This document shows, piece after piece, positions 50,813 to 61,105 of a DNA stretch of 64,000 nucleotides. Made by a program: the position numbers and the translations under genes. Where the stretch lies: NCBI GenBank assembly GCA_001567115.1, contig LMZT01000115.1:122-64121 (forward strand). The letters run 5' to 3'. The notes under the pieces are model-generated. The model saw only the letters and a list, made by a program, of their open reading frames with translations, ran no database searches and was not told the DNA's origin. The stretch is from Candidatus Hinthialibacteria bacterium OLB16 (GTDB lineage: Bacteria; Hinthialibacterota; Hinthialibacteria; OLB16). Position 1 is the stretch's first letter; the number at the start of each line of letters is the position of its first letter.

Positions 50813-51499
50813 TCAGCCCTCGAGGCATTCAAGAACATCGCGAATCTGAGGCTGATAGAGTGGATGCTGGCTTGCCACCGCGGCCAGAGTGTTCTCGGAC
50901 AAGGGGAGATCCTGAATCCACCATGAATGCCCCTCCCAGAGGACTGTGCCGGGAGAGACGGGGAGTGAGAAGCTTTTCAATGGGACTGCAATCCCTTTTC
51001 CAATGGCTTTCACAAAGGCTTCTTTGCGTGTCCAGATTCGGAAAAAACAGTCATCCCGCTTCCCCTCGACTGCTGTTCTGACCTGTTCAAATTCTTCGGA
51101 TGAAAAGAACCTCCTGGCAATTCCAAGGGAATCTTTGGCAGGCCTCACTTCCTCCACATCCACTCCCACCGGCCCTTGGATCGAAAAGGCAAAAAGAACC
51201 CAGGCACCGGAATGGCTCAGATTGAAATGCAGGGGGCTGTTTTCCTGAAGAAATGGTTTTCCATGGGTGGTTCTGGAAAATGTGATGTCACTGGCAGGAA
51301 CACCCAGGTAACCACTGAGTAAAAGCCTCAGACATCCATGCGCCACAAGGAATCGTTCACGATCCGGGTCGAACCGAAAGCGCTGAGCCTGTTCGATTTC
51401 ATCGTTGGATAATGTTTCCTGAAACACATTCCTGAAAATGGCTGCCTCGGAAACAGATACCCGCCAGAGGTCGACTTCATCCGGAAGCGAAAGGTTCAT
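50813..51499 (-). CDS. 4'-phosphopantetheinyl transferase (Sfp-type)
   Basis: FNLSHSG and W..KEAFVKAIGKG motifs; start chosen at MNLSLPDE (ATG 51497-51499). Confidence 0.75.
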   Translation of the reverse strand: MNLSLPDEVDLWRVSVSEAAIFRNVFQETLSNDEIEQAQRFRFDPDRERFLVAHGCLRLLLSGYLGVPASDITFSRTTHGKPFLQENSPLHFNLSHSGAWVLFAFSIQGPVGVDVEEVRPAKDSLGIARRFFSSEEFEQVRTAVEGKRDDCFFRIWTRKEAFVKAIGKGIAVPLKSFSLPVSPGTVLWEGHSWWIQDLPLSENTLAAVASQHPLYQPQIRDVLECLEG

Positions 51500-52853
51500 T
51501 TCTTTGAAGGGGCGAATGGGCCGGTTGTGCTGGCAGGATTTCCTGAATGACTTCAAGGCAACGGTCCGCTGCGCCAAGTGATCGCTCGATGACCCTGAAT
51601 GCCGACTGCCCCATCCGTGCGCACTCCTCCGGCCGGGACAGCAGGTGATCAAGCACCTCAGCAAGTCGATCCGGCGAATCGACTGTCCAGAGGCCGCCTT
51701 CGTGGCTTAAAGCATCCACCACTTCCTGAAAATTCTGCATGGATTTCCCGCACACAACCGGTTTTGACCAGGCGGCCGGTTCCAGTGGATTTTGGCCTCC
51801 ACATCCCGAGGGTGTCAGCCCCATGGATTTGCCGATAAAAACAACTGTCGCCAGTGAATAGATCTTTTTGAGCTGGCCCATCACATCGAGAAGGAGGATC
51901 GGGGAGGTATCGGATTGCGGCTTTACGGTTCCGGGGGAGCGGGTGCTGAATCTGTGCAGCGGCAACCCCGAAGTCTCGATGAGCTGTGCCACCTCCTCAA
52001 ACCTCTCGGGATGCCTCGGGGCGACCAGCAGCCTCAATCGGGGATTTTTGGGATGCAACTGTTTGAAAACCATGAGCAGCATCTCCTCCTCACCGGGGAA
52101 GGTACTCCCGGCGACTATCAGCAGGGCCTCATCCGATATCCCCAATTCCTGGCGTGTGGGGAGGTTCTGTTCATGGACCAGCTGAAAAGCGCTTTCGAAT
52201 TTGAGGTTTCCAAGCACCCTGACTCGATCCAGTGGGGCTCCCATAGCCAGTATCCGGCGGGCATCTTCATCGCTGCGCATTCCGAGGACCCTGGGGAATT
52301 GAAGAATCCTGCGGAGAAAGAATCTGATTTTGAGGTATTTCTGGAACGAACGGTCGCCAATCCGTCCATTCAGAAAGATGACAGGGATATCCGACCTGGT
52401 ATTCTGTGCGATGAGGTTTGGCCAGATTTCGGTTTCGAAGATCACCAGCAGGCGCGGCCGGAGGAGCCTGATGACTTTCCTGACTGCCCAGCTGAGATCG
52501 AGTGGAACATAAAAACTCCCCGCCACCCGAGGCAAGGATTTGGCAACCGCCTGGCCGGTCACGGTATTGGTGGATACCACCACTGGGACATCGGGATAAA
52601 CCCGCGAGAGGCGTTCGAGAATCGGAGGAAGCATTTGCGCTTCGCCGACAGAGACCGCATGAATCCAGATTGGCCTCCTGGCTGCGCTCGAAGGAACCCA
52701 GCCGGCCGAAAGATGGCCGAATCGCTCACCAAAGCCTTCCTTGAATTTCCCTGTGCGCCAGGCTTTCCACACCAGCCACGGGAGGCAGGCGACAAAGGCG
52801 ATATGCACCATGATGTTGTAAAAGAAAAGCCACATGCAGTTAAAAAGCCCCAA
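51477..52853 (-). CDS. waaA: 3-deoxy-D-manno-octulosonic acid transferase
   Basis: IWIHAVSVGE signature in the N-terminal domain; GT-B C-terminal domain. Confidence 0.85.
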   Translation of the reverse strand: MGLFNCMWLFFYNIMVHIAFVACLPWLVWKAWRTGKFKEGFGERFGHLSAGWVPSSAARRPIWIHAVSVGEAQMLPPILERLSRVYPDVPVVVSTNTVTGQAVAKSLPRVAGSFYVPLDLSWAVRKVIRLLRPRLLVIFETEIWPNLIAQNTRSDIPVIFLNGRIGDRSFQKYLKIRFFLRRILQFPRVLGMRSDEDARRILAMGAPLDRVRVLGNLKFESAFQLVHEQNLPTRQELGISDEALLIVAGSTFPGEEEMLLMVFKQLHPKNPRLRLLVAPRHPERFEEVAQLIETSGLPLHRFSTRSPGTVKPQSDTSPILLLDVMGQLKKIYSLATVVFIGKSMGLTPSGCGGQNPLEPAAWSKPVVCGKSMQNFQEVVDALSHEGGLWTVDSPDRLAEVLDHLLSRPEECARMGQSAFRVIERSLGAADRCLEVIQEILPAQPAHSPLQRNEPFASG

Positions 52854-52983
52854 TTATCCCTTGAGATTGCTCAAGATACATCAAAGAGCCGGGCGCTGTG
52901 AGCTGCCCGGGAAAAACTGGACCTGTCGATCAGGTGAGATTCCGCCTCTCATCCAGTCAATCGATGGGATACCGATGCAGCAC

Positions 52984-54012
52984 TTATGGATCCGGCCTGA
53001 TCGAGGATCCTTCCGGGGCCAACCGCTCCATACGGGCCTGCCAGTCGCGCAGGAAGTCTGTCCGCCAACGGTTGACTGTTCTCGCACCAGGGTATTTTCC
53101 CTCCTTCAACTCGATATCCTGCCGGTCTGTCCAATAGTAGTCTCCATGGCCGGTGGAAACATAACTGCCTCCCCAGTGGTCTCCTGTCGGATCATCGGGG
53201 TCCCCTGCGAGGAGGAAGAGGACTGAAGGGGTGTCTCCCATCTTGATTGCGGGAAGCTTCTTTTCAAACAGGACCCCGAGCGCCCCATGGCTGCGGATGT
53301 GCATTTCAACAAAAGCCCTGTTTCCCAAATCACCTGACTGGTCGCCTCCGACATACATTCCGCGGAAGGTGGTGTCTGACTCGATGAGCCAGAGATCCGG
53401 GTGGTGCTCGTAGAGATAGTCCCGTGCCGCCTTATCCTGGGATCGGTTCCATGAGCTGATGAAGTAGACGCGCAACCTGGACTTCACATCGGGCGCATCG
53501 TGCACCGCCTGCGCCACATCCGTAATGCTTCCCCAAACGAGCACATAAAGCGGACGGGGGGCATCTGAGCGGGCGCACTCCACGATCCAGCGGGAACCTT
53601 CGGTAGACTCTGAATACCCCGGTGCTGGGGCCGGGTTGATCGCGCCCTGCTTGGCGATGTTGCGAAGATGGCCGGGTGTTGGATAAAGGTTGGAATAGAG
53701 GAGAAGTCTCGGGTAATCCTGTTCGTAAGCATCGATGGATTCGTGGATATGCTCCACCCTGCCCGCCCCGGGTGGTGAAGCGATCAAGCCTTCGATATCG
53801 AATAAATCAGCGTAAATCAGGAAATGAATCATGGACTGGAAGTCGTCATTGTCCGATCCCCCAATGTCGGTGGAGACAATGACTCGGTATCGATCTCCAG
53901 CCACAGCGCCGTTGTCCAGCCTGGAGCTGGCCTCACACCGCCCCAGGCTGAACAGTCCGATGAGAATGCAAATTCGCGCTACAAACAGTCGTTTCCCGCT
54001 CATTTCTATCAC
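52984..54012 (-). CDS. DUF1593-domain secreted protein (nucleoside-hydrolase-like fold)
   Basis: VIVSTDIGGSDNDDFQSMIHFLIYAD motif; signal peptide. Confidence 0.65.
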   Translation of the reverse strand: MIEMSGKRLFVARICILIGLFSLGRCEASSRLDNGAVAGDRYRVIVSTDIGGSDNDDFQSMIHFLIYADLFDIEGLIASPPGAGRVEHIHESIDAYEQDYPRLLLYSNLYPTPGHLRNIAKQGAINPAPAPGYSESTEGSRWIVECARSDAPRPLYVLVWGSITDVAQAVHDAPDVKSRLRVYFISSWNRSQDKAARDYLYEHHPDLWLIESDTTFRGMYVGGDQSGDLGNRAFVEMHIRSHGALGVLFEKKLPAIKMGDTPSVLFLLAGDPDDPTGDHWGGSYVSTGHGDYYWTDRQDIELKEGKYPGARTVNRWRTDFLRDWQARMERLAPEGSSIRPDP

Positions 54013-54141
54013 TTATCACCTGCTTTCTTGATCTCCTCACCAACCATGATACAGGACCTGCTGCCATCAGACAGAGATGGCATTATGCAACGGTAGATAC
54101 AGGCCAGCTGATCCAGATGGGATTCGCTGGCCCACAAGGCC

Positions 54142-54170
54142 TTGACTTACCTGAAGATTCTGATTATACA
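54142..54170 (+). promoter_or_regulatory. sigma70-like promoter (TTGACT-17-TATACA) upstream of the Rrf2-cysC-sat operon
   Basis: Hexamers read directly; 34 nt upstream of the GTG start. Confidence 0.45.
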
Positions 54171-54203
54171 TTACAAAGATGGTCATGTTTGTAAGGAATC
54201 GAA

Positions 54204-54644
54204 GTGAAGCTTACTCTGCGTGGATATTATGCCATTCTTGCCCTGACAACACTGGCACGAAACCTGGGACAGGAAAACCAGACCCGGCTGGAAGAGATCG
54301 CGGAACAGCACCCCATTCCAGAGACATTTCTGCTTCAGATTTTCCAGACACTCAAGCGGAGCGGCCTGATACAATCCAAGCGTGGTGCTCATGGGGGTTT
54401 CCAGCTGGCGCGCTCACCGGAAAGCATTCGCTTGAGCGAGATCATCGAAAGTGTCGAGGGGGAGATTCTGCCAAGCCCGATGAATGAGCGTGGAGAGGGG
54501 GCTGGCCTCAATGACACCTGCTCGGCACTGGATTCATTCTGGAAAGAGCTGCGGGACCGTGTCAAAGAAGTGTTTGACTCCTACTCGCTGGCGGATGTCA
54601 CTGAAAGGGTTCATAACAGAAAAGAACCGATGTATTACATTTAA
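54204..54644 (+). CDS. Rrf2-family transcriptional regulator (CymR/IscR-like)
   Basis: MKLTLRGYYAILALTTLA…LKRSGLIQSKRGAHGGFQLAR wHTH; GTG start with AAGGAA RBS. Confidence 0.85.
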   Translation: MKLTLRGYYAILALTTLARNLGQENQTRLEEIAEQHPIPETFLLQIFQTLKRSGLIQSKRGAHGGFQLARSPESIRLSEIIESVEGEILPSPMNERGEGAGLNDTCSALDSFWKELRDRVKEVFDSYSLADVTERVHNRKEPMYYI

Positions 54645-54734
54645 CACCTTCCACAAACACGAGACCTGCCTGTGCGGGGATCAAAATTATAAGATGTCAT
54701 TAAAAACAGGTTAAAGACCAAGGAGGAATGCAAG

Positions 54735-55292
54735 ATGTATTGTCGTAAAGGGTTTACAGTCTGGTTCACAGGACTGTCAGGAGCCGGCAAATCCACCATT
54801 GCCGAGGAGCTGGATCGCATGCTGCGCGAGCGTGGTGTGCCGAATGTGGAGATCATGGATGGGGATGTGGTGCGTGAAAATCTCAGCAAAGGGCTGGGAT
54901 TCAGCAAGGAAGACCGTGACACCAACATCAAACGGATCGCTTTTGTGTGCCACCTGCTGACACGCAATGGAGTTGCCAATATCGCCGCGGCCATCTCCCC
55001 CTATCGGGAGATTCGTGATTACGCACGTGAGCTGATCGGCGATTTTGTCGAAGTTCATGTCTCCACACCACTGGAGGTGTGCATTGAACGGGATGTCAAA
55101 GGCCTGTACAAAAAAGCGCTGGCGGGAGAGATCAAGGAATTTACAGGTGTTTCGGATCCTTATGAGCCTCCCCTCAAACCGGAAGTGGTGTGCGAGACAC
55201 ACAACGAGACAGTCCAGGAGAGTGCCAGCAAGATCGTCGAATACCTCGAACGGGCGGGTTATCTCACACCGGTAGCCCAGGTGGTTGCATAA
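54735..55292 (+). CDS. cysC: adenylylsulfate kinase
   Basis: [18 protein letters not shown]-loop; full-length APS kinase similarity. Confidence 0.9.
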   Translation: MYCRKGFTVWFTGLSGAGKSTIAEELDRMLRERGVPNVEIMDGDVVRENLSKGLGFSKEDRDTNIKRIAFVCHLLTRNGVANIAAAISPYREIRDYARELIGDFVEVHVSTPLEVCIERDVKGLYKKALAGEIKEFTGVSDPYEPPLKPEVVCETHNETVQESASKIVEYLERAGYLTPVAQVVA

Positions 55293-55416
55293 AGTTGACA
55301 CAGGGGAAACTTGCTCCCCGCTGCATGACTCCTGACGGGAAGATTCGAACCGCTTGTCTGCCAGGAACCAGGCCGAAAAACAAGAATCAAGGAATAACTG
55401 AGAGGACATCGAGGAA

Positions 55417-56592
55417 ATGCCACAAGAAATAAAACCCCATGGGGGGATATTGATCGACAGACTGGCCAAAGGAAGTGACCGTGAGAATCTCCTGGAAAAG
55501 GCCAGCAAGCTGCTCGAAATCAAGGTGAATGAGCGGGTCGAGGCCGATATCGAAATGATTGCCATCGGTGGATTCAGCCCACTCGAGGGATTCATGGGAC
55601 AGTCGGATTATGTCCAGGTGGTTGATCACAAGAGGCTGGCCAATGGCCTGCCCTGGACCATCCCGATCACCCTGGCGGTATCCACAGAAACCGCCGACAG
55701 GATCAAGGTGGATGACCAGGTTGTGCTGAGCTCCGAAAATGGAGACCGCCTGGCGATACTGACAGTTGCAGAAAAGTTTCAGCACGACAAAGTTCGTGAA
55801 GCCCAGCTGGTCTATGGAACCGATGAAGAGGCGCACCCGGGTGTCAAAGCGCTGTATGACGCCGGAGAGGTTCTGCTGGCAGGGCCGATCGATGTTTTGC
55901 AGCTGCCCCATCATGATGACTTTGTCGATTACCGTAAAACACCCGCGGAGATGCGTGCTCTGTTCCGCGAAAAGGGATGGCGCCGAATTGTCGGTTTTCA
56001 AACCAGAAACCCGATTCATCGCGCGCATGAATATATCACCAAATGCGCCCTGGAAATCACCGATGGGCTGCTGATCCACCCGCTTGTCGGCGCTACAAAG
56101 AGCGATGATGTCCCGGCTTCAGTCCGCATGAAGTGCTATCAGCTTCTGATGGAAAATTATTACCCGAAAGACCGTACATTGCTGGCGGTATTCCCGGCTG
56201 CGATGCGCTATGCCGGCCCTCGTGAAGCCATCCTTCATGCAATTGCACGGAAGAATTTCGGGTGCACCCATTTCATTGTGGGGCGCGACCATGCGGGTGT
56301 CGGAAAATATTACGGGACATTCGATGCCCACTATATTTTCGATGAATTCGAGCCATCAGAGATGGAAATCACCCCATTGTTTTTCGACCATACCTTCTAC
56401 TGCAAGCGCAGCCGTGGAATGGCCTCCTTCAAAACCAGCCCGAGCAATGATCCCGAAGAGCGCATCATTCTTTCCGGGACCGCGGTTCGAGAGATGCTTT
56501 CCAAAGGGCAGATTCCACCTGAGGAATTCACCCGGCCGGAAGTCGCGAAAATACTGATCGAGGCTTTCAAGATACCCAATTACGCAATCTGA
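55417..56592 (+). CDS. sat: sulfate adenylyltransferase (ATP sulfurylase)
   Basis: QTRNPIHRAHE and GRDHAGVG motifs. Confidence 0.9.
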   Translation: MPQEIKPHGGILIDRLAKGSDRENLLEKASKLLEIKVNERVEADIEMIAIGGFSPLEGFMGQSDYVQVVDHKRLANGLPWTIPITLAVSTETADRIKVDDQVVLSSENGDRLAILTVAEKFQHDKVREAQLVYGTDEEAHPGVKALYDAGEVLLAGPIDVLQLPHHDDFVDYRKTPAEMRALFREKGWRRIVGFQTRNPIHRAHEYITKCALEITDGLLIHPLVGATKSDDVPASVRMKCYQLLMENYYPKDRTLLAVFPAAMRYAGPREAILHAIARKNFGCTHFIVGRDHAGVGKYYGTFDAHYIFDEFEPSEMEITPLFFDHTFYCKRSRGMASFKTSPSNDPEERIILSGTAVREMLSKGQIPPEEFTRPEVAKILIEAFKIPNYAI

Positions 56593-56629
56593 AAACCCGG
56601 TCTTTCACAAACAACTGGACGAAGCGAAA

Positions 56630-56657
56630 AGGGCGCACCATGGTGCGCCCTTTTTTG
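56630..56657 (+). terminator. rho-independent terminator after sat
   Basis: GGGCGCACC-ATG-GTGCGCCC followed by TTTTTT. Confidence 0.85.
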
Positions 56658-56783
56658 ATCTGCCCCTCCGGGTAAAATGTGGCTATAGTTAATAAGAACC
56701 TGAAAATGATTCCCGGGTTATATAAGCCATTGATCCGGATCGGGTAAGGAATGACAAGGACTCAATCTGCCAGGAGAATGCCG

Positions 56784-57560
56784 ATGAGAAACAGTCATTT
56801 TGCAGTTATCTTTCTATGTTTCGTCACCGCTCAGGTTTCGTTTGCCGATGTGATTTATTTCGGTTCGGACCGGCGCCTGGATGGGCATGTAGTCCGCCGC
56901 GGACGTTCGACAACCAATGTCAAGCTGCTGGGAGGCAGCACGCTGACCCTGGAAAACAACGACATCGAGCGCACCCGCACAGAGCCTTTCGTGGCCTATA
57001 TGCTGAAACGCGGGGACTACTACCTCGAGCAGCGGAAAGACATCAAGCGTGCGCTGGAGACTTACCAGGAGGCACTGCGATTGAAACCGGGTGACCCGGA
57101 GATCCAGGCACGCCTCGATCTGGTGGTCCTGTCGGAGCGAATCACCCGTTGCCAGGCAGGTGTCGAGGAGGCTCGTGAAATTGCGCGTGATGGCAACCTG
57201 ATCCAGGCCATCGATATCTATGAGAAGCTGCTCCCGACAGCCCCGAGGGAAGAATTGCGCCGGACCATTGTGCGGGAACTGGCTGAAACATACGCCCAGC
57301 TGGCCTACCGGTATTATGACCACTCCTACTTCGTGGGTGCTGAAGAGATGCTGCGCAAGGCGGAACAGTACAATCCGAACAGCCCGACACTTCACTTCGT
57401 GCTTGGCCGAATCCACCATGTGAACCGTGACTGGGAAGCCGCCGACAAAGCCTACAGCTTGGCTGAAGAGCTCGATCCGAACATTCCAAAACTGAAAATC
57501 TACCGGGCTGAAGTCCGTTCACAACTCAAATACAAGAGCCGCCCGATCGCGGGGGAATAA
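56784..57560 (+). CDS. TPR-repeat secreted protein
   Basis: Signal peptide; TPR-like helical repeats; RBS AGGAGA 6 nt upstream of ATG 56784. Confidence 0.55.
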   Translation: MRNSHFAVIFLCFVTAQVSFADVIYFGSDRRLDGHVVRRGRSTTNVKLLGGSTLTLENNDIERTRTEPFVAYMLKRGDYYLEQRKDIKRALETYQEALRLKPGDPEIQARLDLVVLSERITRCQAGVEEAREIARDGNLIQAIDIYEKLLPTAPREELRRTIVRELAETYAQLAYRYYDHSYFVGAEEMLRKAEQYNPNSPTLHFVLGRIHHVNRDWEAADKAYSLAEELDPNIPKLKIYRAEVRSQLKYKSRPIAGE

Positions 57561-57582
57561 GCAGAACCGGCTGGCACGCTCG

Positions 57583-57957
57583 ATGAATCTCGGCAAGATT
57601 GCACAGACTCTGCTGTTTCTTGCAGTTGTGGTGATGATCGTTCGGTTCGTGGCGGTCAGCATCAAAACCAGCGGTCCTCCACCGGTGCAGTACTCGATCC
57701 GTTTCGAATCACGAGTCTCACCGGACCAGAATGGGCTTCAGGTCACCAACACCAATGATTTTCCCTGGCCGGATCCGGTCTTTACCATCAATGGAGCCTA
57801 CAGCCACACCTATCCAGGAAATGTCAAAGGTGGTGAAACAGTGCAGGTCCCATTTCTTGAATTCAAAGACAGGGAGGGTGTGGTTTTCCGGGATCTCGCC
57901 CAATTCCACTCTTTCCGGATCAGAACCGCCACAATGGCCTCGACCGGGGCACGCTGA
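57583..57957 (+). CDS. hypothetical membrane-anchored protein (124 aa)
   Basis: N-terminal TM helix; no family recognised. Confidence 0.4.
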   Translation: MNLGKIAQTLLFLAVVVMIVRFVAVSIKTSGPPPVQYSIRFESRVSPDQNGLQVTNTNDFPWPDPVFTINGAYSHTYPGNVKGGETVQVPFLEFKDREGVVFRDLAQFHSFRIRTATMASTGAR

Positions 57958-58100
57958 CCTCTTCCTCAGATAAGTCCGTTCCTGAATGATCCCGGGGGCA
58001 AATCCGGCTGTATCTTTTATCTATTATATTAACATTATATTCAAACTATACTTGACATTCTTTATCTTATCGGCGCATAATTCACCTATAAAGCCCGATA

Positions 58101-59618
58101 ATGGCGATTTGTGGAGCATACATGGCACATATTCGGCCAGATCCTACCCGGAACCGCAACTATATTCTCCCCCTGGTGGTGGCGCTCCCGATATTTTTCT
58201 GCCTTTTCGCTCTCATGGAAGGCTGGTTTTTAATCGCATGGATCGAAAACGGCTGGGACAGCGGGCGCGGGAATGTGTGGCAAGCCATTCAGGCAGCACA
58301 AAAATTTTTATGGGTGTTTGCGGCGGTCGGAATCGGGGTTGGGATCGCCTGGGCCTGGGTCATTCTATTGCCGGTCAAACGCTACCAGATTCAGTTAAAC
58401 CGCCTGATCGAACAGGGGAAGAGTGAACCTCTCGAAGTGGATCATCAATCGGAATTTTCAGGGCTGGCCCAGACATTCAACATGCTTCTGGAGGAGATGG
58501 GAAAGCATCTTCCTCCCCGAACTCAAGCACTGCTGGATACCCTTTCAAGCGGGGTTGTGCTGTTCAACTCCGCGGGAGAGGTGGATTGGGCCAACCCGAT
58601 GGCCTCGAGGCTGTTTGAATTATCACCGGATCGTTTGCGAGGGAAAAAAGTTGAGGAGATTTTTACCCGTTCGCCGGCACTTGAAGCCTCTGTCCGCAAA
58701 GCGCTTGAGCTGCAGTCCGACTTTCCTCAGGAATCGGTGCGTTTCACAGATCGATTCGGGGAGGTTCGCCCTGTGGGCGTGCGTCTGGCATGGGTTCGAG
58801 ATGGAGATGGAAAGCCGGTTTCACTGGTTCTGACAGTTCAGGACCTGACCCGCCTCGAAGCCATTACGGCCGGACTGAAGACCGCAGAGCGGATGAGCTC
58901 GCTGGTGACCATCGCTGCGGGGATCGCTCACGAGGTCCGGAATCCGCTCGCCTCGATTCGTGGGCTGGCGCAGCTGCTCAACAGTTCCGACAAGGTGACC
59001 AGCGAAAAAGTGGGATCCTACACCAAGGTGATTCTGGGCGAGGTGGATCGTGTCAACCGGGTGATCGATCGCCTGTCACTGCTGGCTTCAACACAGGAAG
59101 AAGAACCAACTCGGACAGAAATCGGCCAGGTGATCAATTCGGCCATCGAGATGGCCAGCCATGGCGCCCGGAAACGGCATGTCGAGATCATCCAGGAAAC
59201 AGGCCAGCCGGAACTGGCATACGAATTGAGGGTCCAGCATTTTACCCAGGCCATTATGAATGTGGTCATCAATGGAATCGAAGCGGCTCCAGAAGGGGGC
59301 AGGGTCTGGATTACGGGAAGAGGGGAAGCTGAAGGAGGGTATACGATCGAGATTGAGAATGAGGGGGCATCGATTCCACCCGGCGAGCTGGATAACCTGT
59401 TTCTGCCCTTTCATACAACCAAAGACCAGCGAACCGGGCTGGGGCTCACCATCACTGACTCCATTGTCCGGGATCATGGAGGCACAGTCGAGGTTCACAG
59501 CGGCACGAATCGAACTGTTTTCACGATTCAGATTCCGGCGCAAACAGCAGAAACGGGAAGCCCTCCGCCCTCAGGTCAAATTCATGAAGTTCAGGCATAT
59601 CCGCAAGGAGAAGGATGA
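58101..59618 (+). CDS. sensor histidine kinase (TM + PAS + HisKA + HATPase_c)
   Basis: IAAGIAHEVRNPLASIRG H-box; GLGLTITDSIVRDHGG G2 box. Confidence 0.85.
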   Translation: MAICGAYMAHIRPDPTRNRNYILPLVVALPIFFCLFALMEGWFLIAWIENGWDSGRGNVWQAIQAAQKFLWVFAAVGIGVGIAWAWVILLPVKRYQIQLNRLIEQGKSEPLEVDHQSEFSGLAQTFNMLLEEMGKHLPPRTQALLDTLSSGVVLFNSAGEVDWANPMASRLFELSPDRLRGKKVEEIFTRSPALEASVRKALELQSDFPQESVRFTDRFGEVRPVGVRLAWVRDGDGKPVSLVLTVQDLTRLEAITAGLKTAERMSSLVTIAAGIAHEVRNPLASIRGLAQLLNSSDKVTSEKVGSYTKVILGEVDRVNRVIDRLSLLASTQEEEPTRTEIGQVINSAIEMASHGARKRHVEIIQETGQPELAYELRVQHFTQAIMNVVINGIEAAPEGGRVWITGRGEAEGGYTIEIENEGASIPPGELDNLFLPFHTTKDQRTGLGLTITDSIVRDHGGTVEVHSGTNRTVFTIQIPAQTAETGSPPPSGQIHEVQAYPQGEG

Positions 59619-61093
59619 TGGAAGAAGAATCGCCTCTGGTTCCGGTCCTGCTGGCCGATGACGAAGAAAATGTGCGTTTCGCCATGCGCGAGACTCTCGA
59701 ACCGATGGGGTGCATCTGCACTGAAGCGGGTTCAGGACGGGAAGCGGTCGAGAAATTCGAGTCGAATCGATTCGATCTGGTGCTGCTGGACTATCGGATG
59801 CCGGAAATGGATGGGATCGAAGTCCTGAAGGAAATCCATGCCATCAATCCCGAAGTGCCAGTTCTCTTTGTCACTGCCTACGGCTCGAAGGAGCTCGCGC
59901 TGGAAGCATTGCGCACAGGGGCGTATGACTATTTCACCAAGCCATTCGATATCGAAGAAATGCGTGTGGTGGTTCGGCGTGCGCTCGAAAAGCGGCTGCT
60001 GCGCAACAGGCTGCTGATCCTTTCCCGACAGATGGATGCCACGCTCGGGTTTGACCAGATTATCGGCTCGACCACAGAAATGCGTGAAATCTACCGCCTC
60101 ATTCAAAAAATCTCTGTCCAGGATGTGACTGTCCTGATTCTGGGGGAATCCGGAACTGGAAAGGAGATGGTGGCCTCCGCGGTTCACCGCCACAGCAAAC
60201 GGCGCAATGGACCTTTTGTTCCGATCAACTGCGCCGCCATCCCGGCGACACTTCTGGAAAGTGAGCTGTTTGGCCATGAAAGGGGGTCTTTCACAGGCGC
60301 CCATGCCCAGAAGCTCGGAAAGTTTGAGCAGGCGAATGGCGGAACCATCTTCCTGGATGAAATCGGAGACATGGATGCCCTCCTGCAGGCCAAGATGCTG
60401 AGAGTCCTCCAGGACCACCAGTTCCAGCGGGTTGGCGGCAACCGCAATGTCCAGGTGGATGTGCGCATCATTGCGGCGACAAACAAGGATCTGGCCCAGG
60501 AAGCAGCCAGAGGGAACTTCCGTGAAGATCTCTATTTCCGGCTGAATGTCATACCAATCTATCTTCCGCCTCTGCGCAAACGCATGGCGGATGTGCCTCT
60601 GCTGATCGAGCATTTTGTGAAAAAGGCGAACACACAGTATGGGAAATCGATACTTGGGATATCGCCCGATGTCATGGAACAGCTGCTCAGTTATGACTGG
60701 CCGGGAAATGTCCGTGAACTGGAGAATGTCGTCACACGTTCGGTGATCCTGTCGCATGGCTCGTTGATCACAGCCAATGACCTCCCCATCGGGTTCCGTT
60801 CTTCGGGAATCGAACCCACAGGTGCATTTGATGGCAAGGTGAATCCGGGCATCGACCTGTTCGCCGGAAATGACCAGCACCGGGGGGCATCTCCGGTCAG
60901 CGACCTGATGAAAAAGATCGAGGAGGGATCCTCCCTCCAGGATGTGCTGGATGAGGAGCTGGGTCTGGTCGAGAAGCAGGTGCTCCTGGCTTCCCTCGAA
61001 AGGAATCGCTGGAAACGGGGCCAGACAGCAACCTTTCTGGGAGTCAGCCGAAGGAACCTTTTGAGGAAGATGCAGAAGCTGGGCATTGAATAA
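59615..61093 (+). CDS. sigma-54-dependent response regulator (NtrC family)
   Basis: REC domain (LLADDEEN…D); AAA+ GESGTGKEMVA; ERGSFTGA (GAFTGA variant); C-terminal Fis-type HTH; ATGA overlap with the kinase. Confidence 0.9.
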   Translation: MMEEESPLVPVLLADDEENVRFAMRETLEPMGCICTEAGSGREAVEKFESNRFDLVLLDYRMPEMDGIEVLKEIHAINPEVPVLFVTAYGSKELALEALRTGAYDYFTKPFDIEEMRVVVRRALEKRLLRNRLLILSRQMDATLGFDQIIGSTTEMREIYRLIQKISVQDVTVLILGESGTGKEMVASAVHRHSKRRNGPFVPINCAAIPATLLESELFGHERGSFTGAHAQKLGKFEQANGGTIFLDEIGDMDALLQAKMLRVLQDHQFQRVGGNRNVQVDVRIIAATNKDLAQEAARGNFREDLYFRLNVIPIYLPPLRKRMADVPLLIEHFVKKANTQYGKSILGISPDVMEQLLSYDWPGNVRELENVVTRSVILSHGSLITANDLPIGFRSSGIEPTGAFDGKVNPGIDLFAGNDQHRGASPVSDLMKKIEEGSSLQDVLDEELGLVEKQVLLASLERNRWKRGQTATFLGVSRRNLLRKMQKLGIE

Positions 61094-61105
61094 CAATAGG
61101 AGCCA

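Noticed and set aside
55330-55360. tRNA-like T-loop sequence (GATTCGAACC) between cysC and sat
   Set aside because: No complementary T-stem and no acceptor or anticodon arms could be drawn. Isolated motif.
59732-61096. 454-aa minus-strand ORF antisense to the sigma54 response regulator
   Set aside because: The plus-strand frame carries complete REC, AAA+ and HTH domains. The antisense translation has no recognisable features.
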